This document shows positions 48,559 to 62,764 of a stretch of DNA of 64,000 bases, one piece after another. How positions within the stretch are numbered: the stretch's first letter is position 1; every line of letters starts with the position of its first letter. The notes below the pieces were generated by a model that had not been told where the DNA came from, ran no database searches, and worked only from the letters and a program-made list of their open reading frames with translations. A program made the translations under genes and the position numbers. The stretch comes from Schmidtea polychroa. Its lineage: Eukaryota. The stretch lies in contig CM097887.1 in the NCBI GenBank assembly GCA_044892525.1, positions 20,584,001-20,648,000 of the forward strand, read 5' to 3'.

Positions 48559-51484
48559 ATGATACGGTGTAGATTTAGTAATATAATATTATTTATATTT
48601 GTCTGTGGAGTTCTGTAAGTAAATGATAAAATGGAGACTTTATTGAAGGAGTAATATTTTCAGATCCGTCTCATGTGAAATTGATTCTAACAGAGACCTC
48701 CCATCATCAAGACGAGTCCATGATTGTAAACTCACCAGTAACCAATATCCAGTGAATGTTCTGCCAGGATCTGGATGGGATAATCTTGAAAACAAGGAAC
48801 TTGGACAAGTTTTGGAAATTTCATATAAAGGATGTGTGGGCTCGAATGATGGGAGCTTTCTCATTCCAGATGATGTGGTCATATCCCCCATAAAGAAATC
48901 TATTGTCGAATTAACCTCTGACATATTTGATCATTTCTCTAATGTCACATCAACAACGGCGATGTCTATTAATGCTGATGCCAGTTATGCAACACCAAGC
49001 TACAAAATAAGCGGATCATTTTCATTTGAAAAGAAAGCAATAAAGAACGATCAAGTAGAAATATTCATGACAAATGTAGTTGATATCAGCGAATTTATTT
49101 CAGATCAAAGAAAAGTCGTCGATTTCTCGATCACAATTGCGACATGAATTATATAAAGTAGTGTTTCAACCACATTCAAAATTAGATACAAAGTTCCGGA
49201 ACCGAATTCTAGATATTGGGGCGTTATTGAAGGATGGGAAAGACACAATTTATCCACAATATTTAGCGGATTTAATTGTCCGTGACTTCGGCACTCATGT
49301 CATTAGGTCGGTGGACGCGGGAGCGACTCTAATCAAAACTGACGTTCTAAAATCAAATTATGTCAAAGGTTTNNNNNNNNNNNNNNNNNNNNNNNNNNNN
49401 NNNNNNNNNNNNNNNNNNNNNNNNNNNNNNNNNNNNNNNNNNNNNNNNNNNNNNNNNNNNNNNNNNNNNNNNNNNNNNNNNNNNNNNNNNNNNNNNNNNN
49501 NNNNNNNNNNNNNNNNNNNNNNNNNNNNNNNNNNNNNNNNNNNNNNNNNNNNNNNNNNNNNNNNNNNNNNNNNNNNNNNNNNNNNNNNNNNNNNNNNNNN
49601 NNNNNNNNNNNNNNNNNNNNNNNNNNNNNNNNNNNNNNNNNNNNNNNNNNNNNNNNNNNNNNNNNNNNNNNNNNNTAGCAGCTGCCGCATCATTCAGTAT
49701 GACAACAATGCTTTCAATCAACCTCAAAGGAACCTATGTTGGTGACACCACGAACCTTAATGAATTTAATAATAATAGTGCCAGCACTAAAGTTGAAACA
49801 ATTGGTGGTAGGCCATTTGGTTCGAATTTTAAACTGGAAGATTGGGAGAAAACCCTAGAAACAAATTTGGTTGCAATTGATCGCAAAGGTGAACCCTTGA
49901 ACTATGCAATCACACCGAGAAGTCTTCCAGAATTTGACGAGAAAATAGTTTACAAAATCTCAACGCTTATCAAAGAAGCTGTGAATAGATATTACGCTGC
50001 CAACACGAGAGTGGGTAAGATAAATTTTCATTTTCATTCCAATGTTTCCGTAATAATATGATCTCATTCCATTAGGATGCATGAATATGGAGTCGGAAAA
50101 TTTCAATGACGATGCGAATGTTGATGGTGGAACTTGTGAACTTCCAAAATCGTATTACAATTTTGGTGGAACCTACCAAACTTGTAGGGGACCCGAAGAT
50201 CAATGTGAAAATATGTCGGAAAAGAACCTATTGACAAATGACTTTACCTGTCCAGCTGATTATGAAGCTGTTGAATTACAAAATGGATTGAATAAATGTA
50301 TTAAATATTGCGTAAGATCAATGTTTTCCCTCAAATGCAAATACAAGTGCTCCTATTACGCGTTGTATTGGTGTGCTTCTACAATCCAAACAAAAGTAAC
50401 AGAAGGTGCACTTTTCGGTGGATTTTACACCAAAACCTTTCCGAATCCGCTAACGAATTCATATAGTTGTCCACAATATTATACAGGTACAAGATTCGGA
50501 ATAAATGCAAAGGTTTGCACTGCACTCAACAAAGCAGAAGCGATGGAACACCATTTGCCGTTTGGAGGATTTTATAGGTGAATTTATAATTTAATCTTAT
50601 TTTGGATAATTTTCTGAATCTTCCAATGGAATTTATCCAATTTTATGTTATCTTTATATTTATAAACTCTTAATTTACTATTTTATACATATTATAAGTG
50701 ATTTTCATATTCTGGTTCAGTTGCAAAGTTGGAAATCCTCTTCTAGATAATGCTCTTCGTAATATTACCCAAGATCCCAAATATTGGCCTCAAGGTTGCT
50801 CAACCGGATATTCATCTCATGTGGCCATTGTCGACCGAGCTTGTCAAATTTCTTATTGCGTTAAGAATAACGCTCTTAGCATGAGAGAGCAACCTCCTCT
50901 CTACCGACCACCTTTTATNNNNNNNNNNNNNNNNNNNNNNNNNNNNNNNNNNNNNNNNNNNNNNNNNNNNNNNNNNNNNNNNNNNNNNNNNNNNNNNNNN
51001 NNNNNNNNNNNNNNNNNNNNNNNNNNNNNNNNNNNNNNNNNNNNNNNNNNNNNNNNNNNNNNNNNNNNNNNNNNNNNNNNNNNNNNNNNNNNNNNNNNNN
51101 NNNNNNNNNNNNNNNNNNNNNNNNNNNNNNNNNNNNNNNNTGGGATTCGGACCCAATATGACTGTCGTCACCTCTCTGGAAACTCCTATGGGGGTCCGAT
51201 TATCGGTGGATGAAAATGGAAAATGGAGTCATAATCACCAATACCAATACAATATTATAATAATATCCGTCATTATGGCAGCAGGCGCCAGCATTGCAAT
51301 AATAATTGTAATTCTTGGAGTTCAAAGATTTAACAGAAACCGTAAAGGAAAAGTCTTGCCGGAATCTCACGAATTCGATACCAAATATGATTCTACTAGC
51401 AATGTTGACAATCTTGCGTTACCGGGAAGGATGCCACCGTTTCGTGTGATTATTGGTGAACAAAATGAAAACCTTTCGAAATGA
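48559..51484 (+). CDS. MPEG1: Perforin-2/MPEG1 copy B; contains N gaps
   Basis: Same exon structure and motifs as copy A. ATG 48559; intron 1 GTAAGT...TTTTCAG; NDQ|IKEK junction; TM segment IIIISVIMAAGASIAIIIVILGV; TGA 51482-51484. Confidence 0.92.
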
Positions 51485-51870
51485 TGTTTGAGACCTTTTA
51501 TTATTTCTGATGAATCTGATTTGTAAATGTTTTGAGAATATTTCCCGAATAAATTCTTTCTGAAATTGCAATGTTTATCCTTGATATTATTAAAAGATTT
51601 TGTATTCTACAGTCTTACTATTAGAGATAAAAATAGAATATTATTAAAACTTTATTAAATTTAATTAATTTAAAATGAAGAGCTATTGAGATTTAGGATT
51701 CGTTGAGAAATATATGAAGTGTAAGGGGTTAAATAATTGATTTTTGATAGTTATTGTTATTATATTTATGATTATTGTTGTTTATATACTCACTCATGCA
51801 AGACCTAAAAACAACAAACATACAAGCACCTTAATTTTTAAATTTTCTGATGAATTTAATCGCTATAAAG

Positions 51871-53190
51871 CAGTGGTTCTCAATCCATAGGTCGCGGTCC
51901 AAAGGTGGGCCTTGACAGAGGATCTGGTGGGCCGCGATGAAGTCTAGAAAAGTACAAAAAGTAGAAGAAAATAAAAAATAAATCTGCGTTTACCACAAAT
52001 TGAAAGCAGCGGACTATTCGGATGCACGCTGCAGAATTGTAGATTACTATTCTACACCAAACACCACTGAGCACCGTTTCCTATAATATAACAAAAAAAT
52101 CAATAATCTTACATTATAGAAACATACATACTTACTTTGATTTCACGTTGATGTTCTCATTTATAGCTCAGTGAGATACATCTTATACTATAGAAATCTG
52201 AAAAGTGGAAGAAAAATTAAAAACTGCACACAAACGCAGCACATATTAAAAAACACATACAAACTTTTGATTCGTAGAAATGTAACGATGAGATACGTTT
52301 CTATAATAATTCTATTTTAGACAATTTTTAGAAAAAAAAGATCGTTGAAAATTCTTAAAATTATATTTTTAATGAAAATATCAAGAGCATATTAATTTGG
52401 TTCAATATCTTTTTACTCCAGATTTGATTTCCTTAAAGAATCCCCAGTTTAAACAGTGAGACAGTGTACCAGTTCGTTGAGTGTTACCCGCGATGACATC
52501 AGCAAACGCATGTTGCATTCTAAGCACTGTTTTTTATGTTTATTTCATAGCAGTATATAAACTATAAAAGGATAATAGTTTACATTTTACCGGCAGTTTG
52601 CTCATCTTTACAGAGATATTTTTATTGTTTTGAGTAAAGTTAGAGTCGTTAGAATTATATAAAAAATTTAAATTGTAAAATGGATCGTTTTCTAAAGTTT
52701 AAGCCTTTGACTTCGCACCACGAAACTTATAGTAGTGGCAACGATAGCAATCAAGATAAAATTTCAATTGATGTCTGTAAAAAACCAAATATACTCGAAA
52801 ATATGATGTGGATTATATAAAATACGGTTCGGTGCCATCAGAAAATGACGATATTTGAAATTCTGTCAGTGTGTGTGTGTGTGTGATTGCGTTGTCATCT
52901 TACTACAAGACTTCCGGATCTGCAGAAGAAACCAAAAGAATATTTCGAGCGCAAAGCCAGTGGATATACTAAACAGAGGGCAGTGTTAAAAACAACTTTT
53001 ATCCTCAACAAAAAGTGTTAAAGTATCGTACTTGATTGCCCAAAGAATTGCAAAAGGAAAGAAGCTTCACAAGATTGGAGAAGATTTTATCATGCCAACT
53101 GCTATAGAGATTTGCGACATATTCTTTGACTCGAAATACGCTCAAAGACCGAAAAGCATTCCAATCTCGAATGATACTGTTAATAGCTAA
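51871..53190 (+). mobile_element. Truncated, degenerate Buster-type hAT element
   Basis: 5' TIR CAGTGGTTCTCAA and transposase relics (EYFERKAS, YLIAQRIAKGKK, SIPISNDTV). No right end found. Confidence 0.7.
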
Positions 53191-54538
53191 ATCTTTTGAT
53201 GATTTTTGATTGTGCTTTTAATTTTTCGAATATTATGTAATTATTTTTCTTATAAAATTCAGCAATTTTGGGCAAAATAAATTAACATTAAAAAACTTAG
53301 ATATTTGCTTGTATGGAAATATTTGAGATTGGCAAATATCAAAAAGTTTTTAGAAAACATTCGTAATTTCTTTTTTATATTTAAAATGAGATTCTTACTT
53401 ATTTTGAAGTGCTCTTATTTATTGTTCAATTGTCAGTATTTTTTAGTTTAGACGCTTTGTGTACGTGTGTGTATGATTTTTTCTACTCCTCAAATAAATT
53501 TGTCAAATGACCTTATTTACTGTCATTATTGTTAATGACACACACACATATTTGTTATTGGTTAGTTATTGATGCTCTTGACTTTTGTCATTTAGACTAC
53601 TATTTATTGCGCTTTGGTGTATTGTTTTAAATCTATTCTAGAAATATAATTAGTAAAATTCCATAAAATTGGATCCAAAGTTCTAACCATAACCTAAAAT
53701 GGATTAATTGTTTCATTTTTATATATAGCGATGGACAATTTATTCAGTTTAATCAAATATTTATTTAAAAAAAATATTACACTGGAGTATTTTGTAATCA
53801 AATTATTTTACACTATTAAATTTAAATTATTTTTATTACACACAAATAAAAATTAAACTTAATTTTTAAAAATTTTTAATACAATAATCAATAAGTTTGA
53901 GAATGTACTTTTGGTCTGTTAAATATCGTCTCATGTATTTTACCTTCAACAATCACAATTTGATCACTATTTTATCCTTTTCAAATAACAACTGCTTAAC
54001 CTCTAAGGTGGTTTATTTCGTCAAACGAAATGCGCTCCTCAGCGGCGAGTTATGTTATCCGCTAGCGTATATATACAAAAAATAAAATAATATCTTATTG
54101 GATGATATTTATTAAGATAATATGTTAACAAAAGTAATATTTATGATATATTTTTATTCGTCTTATGTGTTTTGTAATGCATATGTTGATGACCTATTTA
54201 TCCGTCATAGCCACTTAAGAGGTTAAAAATTCAAAAGGATTTATTAAGTGTTCAAAAATTTGGTGCTTGTTTTTTTAATTTCCCCATAAAAAGTTTGTTA
54301 TTATGAATTTTTATTTTGTTATTTTTATGAAATATCGATTTTATTGCTATTAATATTTCTGAAATTTATTTTCAATCACCAGACTGTGAACGACTCTATT
54401 AACTGAATGCAATGACAGGCACACATACTCAGCACACAGAGCGGGCATGGAAAGCCAATGGAATTGAAGTATTTGATAATATCCAATGGGACAAAATGTT
54501 AATCTGGTTACCTAAATAAATGAAGCTGTTTTTAATTA

Positions 54539-54763
54539 CCGTATATACTCGTGTATAAGCCGATCCGTATATAAGCCGAAGTGAGTTTTTAGTCAATTTT
54601 TTGTCCAAAATCAAGTACCCGTATATAAGCCGAGGTAAAAAAAAATAGCTAAAATCTGACGAATTATTTAAATAATCACAAAATCTTGTTTTTGACATGT
54701 TAGCTTAAAAATTAGCTTAAAAAATTGCCCAAAATTTCTCGGCTTATACACGAGTATATACGG
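54539..54763. mobile_element. pogo/Tigger-like MITE, 225 bp
   Basis: Perfect 25 bp TIR CCGTATATACTCGTGTATAAGCCGA, flanked by TA. Confidence 0.9.
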
Positions 54764-54780
54764 TAAGTATTTTTCTAACT

Positions 54781-57046
54781 CAGCGATTCTCAACCGCCGG
54801 GTCGCGACCCCGTACCGGGTTGTGGAAGATTTTGTGCGGTTCGTGAGCAAATTTGAAAAAAAATTTATTTAATGCTAATTTCTTACAATTAATCAATAAA
54901 TATAATTTAAAAATTGCTAAAAATTAATCAAGTTTTTAATAATCCTAAACATTTTTCAATCCTAAAATGAAACGTAAAAAAAGACAAGCAACATTAAACA
55001 ATTTTGTTATAAAGGTTAACAATAACAGTTCAACAGCTGTTGAAAACAATGATGAAGAAGAAGTTCAATGTCCACCCGAAAAAATGAAGAGGTCAAGTTT
55101 TGTTCGCAAATACAACATTACTTTTTTAAGATTTGGATTTATTTCTTGGCCTGGATCAGATGCAAGTTGTCCCAAAGCACAATGTGTCATTTGTGGGGAA
55201 GTGCTGTCCAATGAAAGCATGAAAGCAAATAATTTATCACGACATTTGAACTCAAAACACAATGAATTGGAATCAAAACCAATTGATTTCTTTGAGAGAA
55301 AAGCTTCTGAGATAAAAAGCCAAAAAAATTCATTTCAAAAGTCCCTTTTAGCCAACAAATTTCTTTTAAAGGCTTCTTATTTGGTTGCTTTTCGAATGTA
55401 AAAAACCATTTTCAATTGCTGAAAAAATAATAAAACCATGCTTGGTGGATGTTTGTTCAGAGATTTTGGGTTTAAAAGCTGGTGAAAAATGAAGGCCATT
55501 CGTTTATCCAATGACACAATTGGAAGAAGGATTGAGGAATTATCGGCAGATATTGAAGATCAACTCATCGAAAAGATGAAGAAGTCAGAGTCATTTGCAA
55601 TCCAAATGGATGAGTCAACAGATGTTGCAAACAAAGCAGTTCTTTTATGTCATGGTAGATATGTTGATTATGACAGCAGTGACCTCAAAGAAGACCTTTT
55701 GTGTTGCAGTGAGATTCCCTCTTACACAACCAGTTCAGAAATCTTTCGCATCATTGATGAATATGTCAAAAAAAATTCTTTGAACTGGAAATTGTGCATT
55801 GGATTTGTACAGATGGTGCAGCTAACATGGTTGGAAGACTTTCAGGTGTAAGAGCAAGAATCCAAGAAGTTGCTGGTGATACATTTAAATTTACTCACTG
55901 TGTTATTCACCGTGAGCATTCAGCAACAAAAAAAATGTCTCCCGAATTACATGAAGTTCTTTCAGTTTCAATTCAGATTGTTAATTTCATCAAGAGCAAC
56001 GCACTAAATTCCCGATTGTTCACAATTCTGTGTGATGAAATGGATTCAGGAAATTCACAGTTGCTACTTCACGGTGAAGTGCGCTGGCTTTCCAGAGGGA
56101 GAGTTCTTACAAGGCTCTACGATTTGCGAGATGAGGTGAAAAATTCAGATCATGCCAAACATTTATTTGATGAAGAATGGATTGCAAAACTTGCTTATTT
56201 ATCAGACTTCTTTTCTCTGATAAATCAGCTGAATCTGAGTCTACAAGGTCCAATGACAACTGTCTTCAATGTCTGGAATAAAATTGATGCTTTTAAGAAA
56301 ACAATAAAAACTTGGTTAAACCACACACAAGAGCAGAATTATGAAATGTTTCCTTCATTTAACAATTTCACAGAATCTTTTGACTTGAATTTGGATAATG
56401 TTGTTTCTTGTATCACTCAACATTTAGAATTGCTTGCTCAAATGTTTGACAGCTACTATCCACCTAATGACGATGTTCGATTTGGAAACATGTGGATATC
56501 CAATCCATTTCTTGATCACCAACAAAACAACCTTTCAAACACAGAAGCAGAAAAATTGATTGAGTTATCATCAGATATGGGATTGAAATCAATGTTTAAC
56601 TCAATGACCATTATACAGTTTTAGATAAAAGTCAAGGAGGAATATCCAGCCCTCAGCAAAATTGCCATTCATATTTTATTACCCTTTTCTACAACTTACT
56701 TGTGTGAATCAGCATTTTCAGCAGTGTCAATTATTAAAACGAAGCAAATAAACAGGTTATTTACTGGCCCTGCTTTGCCACTTGCTATCACTTCTTTAAA
56801 ACCAAGAATAGACAAACTGGTACGAGAGAAAGAGCAACAACAATCACATTAATTTATAAAATTATGTTTCTAATTGTTTTGATTTCGTTATTGTTGATCC
56901 TTTTATAATAAATATTTTGTTCATCTGTTAACTTCTTTTTAAATTATTAATTTTATTAGATTGTAAAGTCAAACTGAATTTACGGGTCGTGAAAAAGAAT
57001 TGAGATTATTTACGGTCCGTACTGCTTTTTGGGTTGAGAAACACTG
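54781..57046 (+). mobile_element. Full-length Buster/ZBED8-like hAT with disrupted transposase (54967 to about 56850)
   Basis: TIR CAGCGATTCTCAACC / GGTTGAGAAACACTG; TSD TTCTAACT / CTCTAACT (7 of 8). Motifs CVICGEVLSNESMK..LSRHLNSKH, QMDESTD, CTDGAANM, HCVIHREH, EVRWLSRG, PFSTTYLCESAFS. Several frameshifts and stops. Confidence 0.92.
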
Positions 57047-57306
57047 CTCTAACTCATAAAATTAAAAAAGAATTTTTAAACAAAATAAATATATAAAATT
57101 ATGATAATAACAATTTGAATGCTGACAGTTAGTAAAAACAATTTATGATACTCAATTCGAGATATTACAACATAAGGTCATCAGAATGACGTAATCATGC
57201 GGATTCTTGAATATGTTCAGATAACCCTTATCACGTGAGTCCTTAACAGCATATTTCATTCATATAGGAACCAAAATACTCATTTGTTTATTCAACAGTA
57301 AAACCA

Positions 57307-60300
57307 ATGATACTTGGTACATTTAATAATATTTTATTATTTATATTTGTTTGTGGAGTTCTGTAAGTAAAAAATAAAATGGAGACTTTATTGAAGGAGT
57401 AATATTTTCAGATCCGTCTCATGTGAAGACGAATCGAACAGAGACCTCCCATCAGAGAGGCGAGTCCATGAGTGCAAACTTACCAACAAACAATACGCAT
57501 TCAATATCCTTCCAGGATCTGGATGGGATAATCTTGAAAACAAGGAACTTGGTCAAGTATTGGAAATTTCATATAAAGAATGTTTGGCTTCGAATGATGG
57601 CAACTTTCTCATTCCAGACAACGCGGTTATTATTCCAATCAAAAGGTCGACTGTTGAATTAGCATCTGACATATTTGATCATTTCTCTAATTTCACATCT
57701 GCTACTTCGAAATCCATAAATGCTGATGCAAGTTATGCAACACCAAGCTACCAGATCAGTGGCTCGTTTTCGTGGGAAAAAAAGGATGTAAAGAATGATC
57801 AAGTAACAATGTCCATGGTTAAAGTAACTGATATTAATGAGTTTACTTAGATCAAAGAAAAGTCATCGGTTTCTCGAGTACAATTGAGGCATGAATTATA
57901 TACCGTTTCATTCCAACCAGATTCGAAGTTCGATCGTAAATTCCGGAACCGAATTCTGGATATCGGAGCGTTATTGAAGGAGGAGAAAGACACAATTTAT
58001 CCGCAATATTTAGCGGATTTAATTGTCCGTGACTTCGGCACTCATGTCATTAGGTCGGTGGACGCGGGAGCGACTCTAATCAAAACTGACGTTCTGAAGT
58101 CGAAATACGTCAAAATGTTCAAAGTTATTTAAAATTATTGTTATAATTATAAATATAATAATTATAATATCACAATTTTGCTGCTTTCTCATTGGTCAAA
58201 ACAATTTGTATTAAGACTAAGCACCTTTTACTTGGGAGGAAGCTCATCTTCTCAAAATCACTGTCAATCCTTTCTTATATTATTTCTAAAGCAAATATTT
58301 TAATTTTTCAAATGAAATTAAATTTTACAGACAATAAATAAAAACAATATCAGTTTTAAATCTTGTACACAGCATCCGAGGTGACAGTGGCGTAGCCAGG
58401 GGGGGGGGGGTTGGAGTTGAGAAATATTTATTAATATAATAGTCAATCATTTCAAGTGTGGACGAATGAGAGTACAGACAGATGTCACGGTATTACATTT
58501 ACAGTAAATAAAATAAAGGAAAGAAGTGTCTTGTTTTTATCTTATTTAGGTGGATGATCTTTTAGACACTTGACATCGACAAATATTTGTCTGCTAGATT
58601 TATATCTGCTAGATTTCAAGATATTTTTCCTTTGACTTGAAACACGGAAAATTATAGTTATTTATATAAGAATATTTTCAGATCGTATATTCATCAAAAT
58701 AATTGACAGGGAGATACAACAACAATAGCAGCAGCTGCATCCTTTAGTATGACAAAAGTTCTTGGAGTTACAATAAAAGGAAATTACTTCAGTGACACCG
58801 CCAGCCTAAATGATTTCAACAATAACAGTGCAAGTACTAAAGTTGAAACAGTTGGTGGTAGTCCATTTGGTTCAAACTTCAAATTGGAAGATTGGGAAAA
58901 ATCTCTTGAGACAAACTTGGTGGCCATTGATAGAAGAGGTAATCCATTATTCTATGCAATAACACCAAGAAGTCTCCCAGAATTTGATGATAAAATCGTT
59001 TATAAAATTGTTACTCTTATCAAGGAAGCTGTCAACCGATATTATGCGGCCAACACACGAGTAGGTAAGATAAACTTTCATAATAAAAAAAATGATGAGA
59101 CTAGGATGTATGAATATGGAGTCGGAAAATTTCAATGACGATGCAAATATTGATGGGGGAACATGTGAAACTCCGAAATCATATTACACTCTTGGAGGAA
59201 CGTTTCAAACATGCACAGGACCGAGTAATCAATGTGAAAGCGTAGCTAGCATGAACCCAATAACGAATAGCTATTCGTGTCCTGCAAACTACAAAACCAT
59301 TGAACTGGAAAGTGGATTGAGTAAATGTGAAAAGGTTTGCGTTAGAACTAGTTGGTTTCGTTATAGTTGCAATTACGAATGTTCATATTACGCACTCTAT
59401 TGGTGTTCAGCAACAATAAAGACAACAAAGTCAGAAGGATCTTTATTTGGTGGATTTTACACGAATACCTACCCAAATCCGATTACAAATGCTTATAATT
59501 GCCCACAAAATTATTATCCTTCTCGATTCGGAATGGTTGCAACAATCTGTTTGGCATTCAATAGAGCAGAGGCAATGGAACATCATTTGCCTTTCGGAGG
59601 ATTTTACAGGTAACACGTGTTTAACATAAACACAATGCATTCAAGTAAATATTTATGTCGGGTTGTACAAAAGAGTGCTGAAATAAAATTTAAATGTAAA
59701 ATTACTTAAAATTCAAAATTAATAAAAACTGAATCAAGTGTAAAAATAAATATTTTGCCAGAGAAGGAATAGAGGCAGGGCTCTCTAAAGAAATCCGGCG
59801 TCCGTGGGCTACTAAAAATAATGTGTAAGAAAATTAGATAAAGAACATTTAGATAAAGAAATTCACCCGGGCGGCGAGTATACATAGGTGGTCAACTCAC
59901 ATTTAAGTCGTCCATTTCATGGCATCATAAATGATTGTAATATCGTTTCTCATTCCAGCCCATTTGAATATAAAAATCAGTTAAATATTTTAAGAAATTG
60001 TTAAGAAAACAACATATACATCGCAAATAATAATTTCCGCCCCAAAAGGCTTGCGTCCAAGGACTATAGCCCATTTAGCCCTCTGATTAGGGCAGCCCTG
60101 AATAGAGATAGGTTGCAATGAAAAAAAGAAGAATCTAATAATTTCAAATTGATACGAAGTCTTAGAAGATGTTAATGTAAAAATGCAAATTAATTAATCA
60201 ATTAATTAAGATATTGTTGACAACATTACTCATTCCAACAAGAAAACAAAATCACTCAAACACTATTTATATTCACTATTTATAGTCATCGTTTGGTAGA

Positions 60301-62253
60301 AATGAAAATATATATGAGGTACACGATATTTCGGCACAGCCTTTATCAACTGGATTGGATTGTTTTGCCATGGAAGATTATTGTATCCCTAAATACTTGT
60401 GTTACATAATCTAGCAACAATAATAGTGATATTTGTTGAATCCTGGAGGCAAAGTATTCAATTTCTGTGTCTGAATACTAAGCCACTAAGCTCGATTCCG
60501 AATTGAAGTGAGTTTCATTGATGGTATCGATGAGAGCCAAATAAACTCAAAACTAATTTTGTCATTAGAAATTTCAATAAACATATCTTTTAAAGTTTAC
60601 TAAGTTTGCTGTTCACTAAAACCCGATAAATTATGGACATCAAGGATCAGTCAACGCTTATCGTACGCTTTTGTAGGCGGTATCTATCTCACAGATATGG
60701 CTGACTGAGGGTTCATATATGAGAGAAATATGTAAGAGAAAAGGCTTAGTCTTTGTAATACTTGAATGTTAAACCAAAAATAATTTTATATAATTTAATT
60801 TTGAAAAGAATTTAATAATTTGCTTGAGCTCCTATTCAATTCGGACTCTCCCAAAGCTATGAGCCAAACGCCTTGCCACTGTTAAAGGGTTCTTAAAGGG
60901 TATGAATGAAACTTCAAGACAAATTATTGTTAAGTTCAAGTAAAAAAATACGTTGGCATTTCTTTAACAGCTTGTTCATTTAAATATTCTATTATTTTCT
61001 GTGGCTTGCAAACGATTATTTTAATTATATTTTCGAATTTTTCTCGATTATTCTGAGAAATTCCGAGAAAATTCTTTTTTTACACTCAACTTTTATTTAC
61101 TCCTAATAATAATTGTTTATTATTTAAATAAACAAAATTTTATTTTATCATAATTTGAACCAAGTCAATGATTATTAATAATTTATTAAAATCAAAATTT
61201 TTGTTTAATAAATAAAACAAAATTTTTTTGTAAATATTTTTTATATTTAAAATACTGTTATTGTATCATAATAAACATTAATGTTTTTAATTAACTTTAT
61301 TTAATTTTTTTATCAATTGAACATTTTTACATTTTTTACTTTACACAATTTTACTTCACGATTAATATATTACCTTTCTNNNNNNNNNNNNNNNNNNNNN
61401 NNNNNNNNNNNNNNNNNNNNNNNNNNNNNNNNNNNNNNNNNNNNNNNNNNNNNNNNNNNNNNNNNNNNNNNNNNNNNNNNNNNNNNNNNNNNNNNNNNNN
61501 NNNNNNNNNNNNNNNNNNNNNNNNNNNNNNNNNNNNNNNNNNNNNNNNNNNNNNNNNNNNNNNNNNNNNNNNNNNNNNNNNNNNNNNNNNNNNNNNNNNN
61601 NNNNNNNNNNNNNNNNNNNNNNNNNNNNNNNNNNNNNNNNNNNNNNNNNNNNNNNNNNNNNNNNNNNNNNNNNNNNNNNNNNNAATCCGCTCTCAGATAA
61701 ATTTGCAGATAATATTACACAAGATCCCAAATATTGGTCGCAAGGTTGCTCGACCGGATATTCATCTCATGTGGCCATTGTCAACCGAGGCTGTCAAATT
61801 TCATACTGTATCAAGAATAATGCACTTAGTCGAAGGGAGCAACCTCCTCTGTATAGACCCCCATTCATTGATGTAAGAATAATTGCATCTTTGCTTTATG
61901 CCATTTTCTGTTAGTTGGGATTTGGACCAAATGCGACCGTCATTACCAGTATAGAAACTCCAATTGGACTCAGACTGTCAGTCGACGAAAATGGGAAGTG
62001 GAGTGACAACAACGAACCCAAATCATCCAATTATAATATTATAATATTTTCCGTAACCGCAGCGGCAATAATCACCATAATGATTATAATTTTAACTATT
62101 GAAGTTCAAATATATAAAAAAACTCGAAGAATTGCAGTTTTGTCGGAATATAGGAATGGAAGCGTTAGGAACAATCTTGAAAGTTCTTTGAATAATCCAA
62201 CAGCATCAAATCGTGTTCAGCCATTTCAAATGCTTATAGATGAGAATCAATAA
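57307..62253 (+). CDS. MPEG1: Perforin-2/MPEG1 copy C, with expanded introns and an N gap
   Basis: ATG 57307 (MILGTFNNILLFIFVCGVL|SVSCEDES), 49 bp intron 57363-57411, MACPF and P2 exons, divergent TM/tail exon 61915-62253. Confidence 0.92.
59776..60100. mobile_element. hAT-type MITE in an intron of MPEG1 copy C
   Basis: TIR CAGGGCT / AGCCCTG; TSD AATAGAGG / AATAGAGA (7 of 8). Confidence 0.75.
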
Positions 62254-62764
62254 ACAATAACGAAAATTAAATTAAATAATTAATTAACTTTAATTTAAAA
62301 TTATTTATCAATAAATTGTTTGTAGACTTTACTAATTTGTTCGTTAACTTATNNNNNNNNNNNNNNNNNNNNNNNNNNNNNNNNNNNNNNNNNNNNNNNN
62401 NNNNNNNNNNNNNNNNNNNNNNNNNNNNNNNNNNNNNNNNNNNNNNNNNNNNNNNNNNNNNNNNNNNNNNNNNNNNNNNNNNNNNNNNNNNNNNNNNNNN
62501 NNNNNNNNNNNNNNNNNNNNNNNNNNNNNNNNNNNNNNNNNNNNNNNNNNNNNNNNNNNNNNNNNNNNNNNNNNNNNNNNNNNNNNNNNNNNNNNNNNNN
62601 NNNNNNNNNNNNATAAATCACGCTGCAATTGAGAAATAAAGCTGTCAACTGAAAAATTATAAAATAATTTAATATATGTTCTGATTTCGTAATTGGTAAG
62701 TAAAACTGTGAATATTAGATGGATCATAAAGATTCAATAAAAACTTTCAAAAAAGTCCTTTCCA

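Larger units (their letters stand above)
45013..51593. repeat. Inverted segmental duplication: arms about 45013-48116 and about 48338-51593, spacer about 220 bp
   Basis: The reverse complement of the left arm matches the right arm through promoter, exons and 3' UTR (e.g. TTTCTGAAATTGCAATGT..TCCTTGATATTATTAAA). Confidence 0.85.

Noticed and set aside
43140-52270. Diverged direct repeat at about 43140-43320 and 52090-52270 flanking the MPEG1 inverted pair
   Set aside because: Similarity is modest and AT-rich, and it does not coincide with the duplication breakpoints. Most likely a dispersed repeat fragment.
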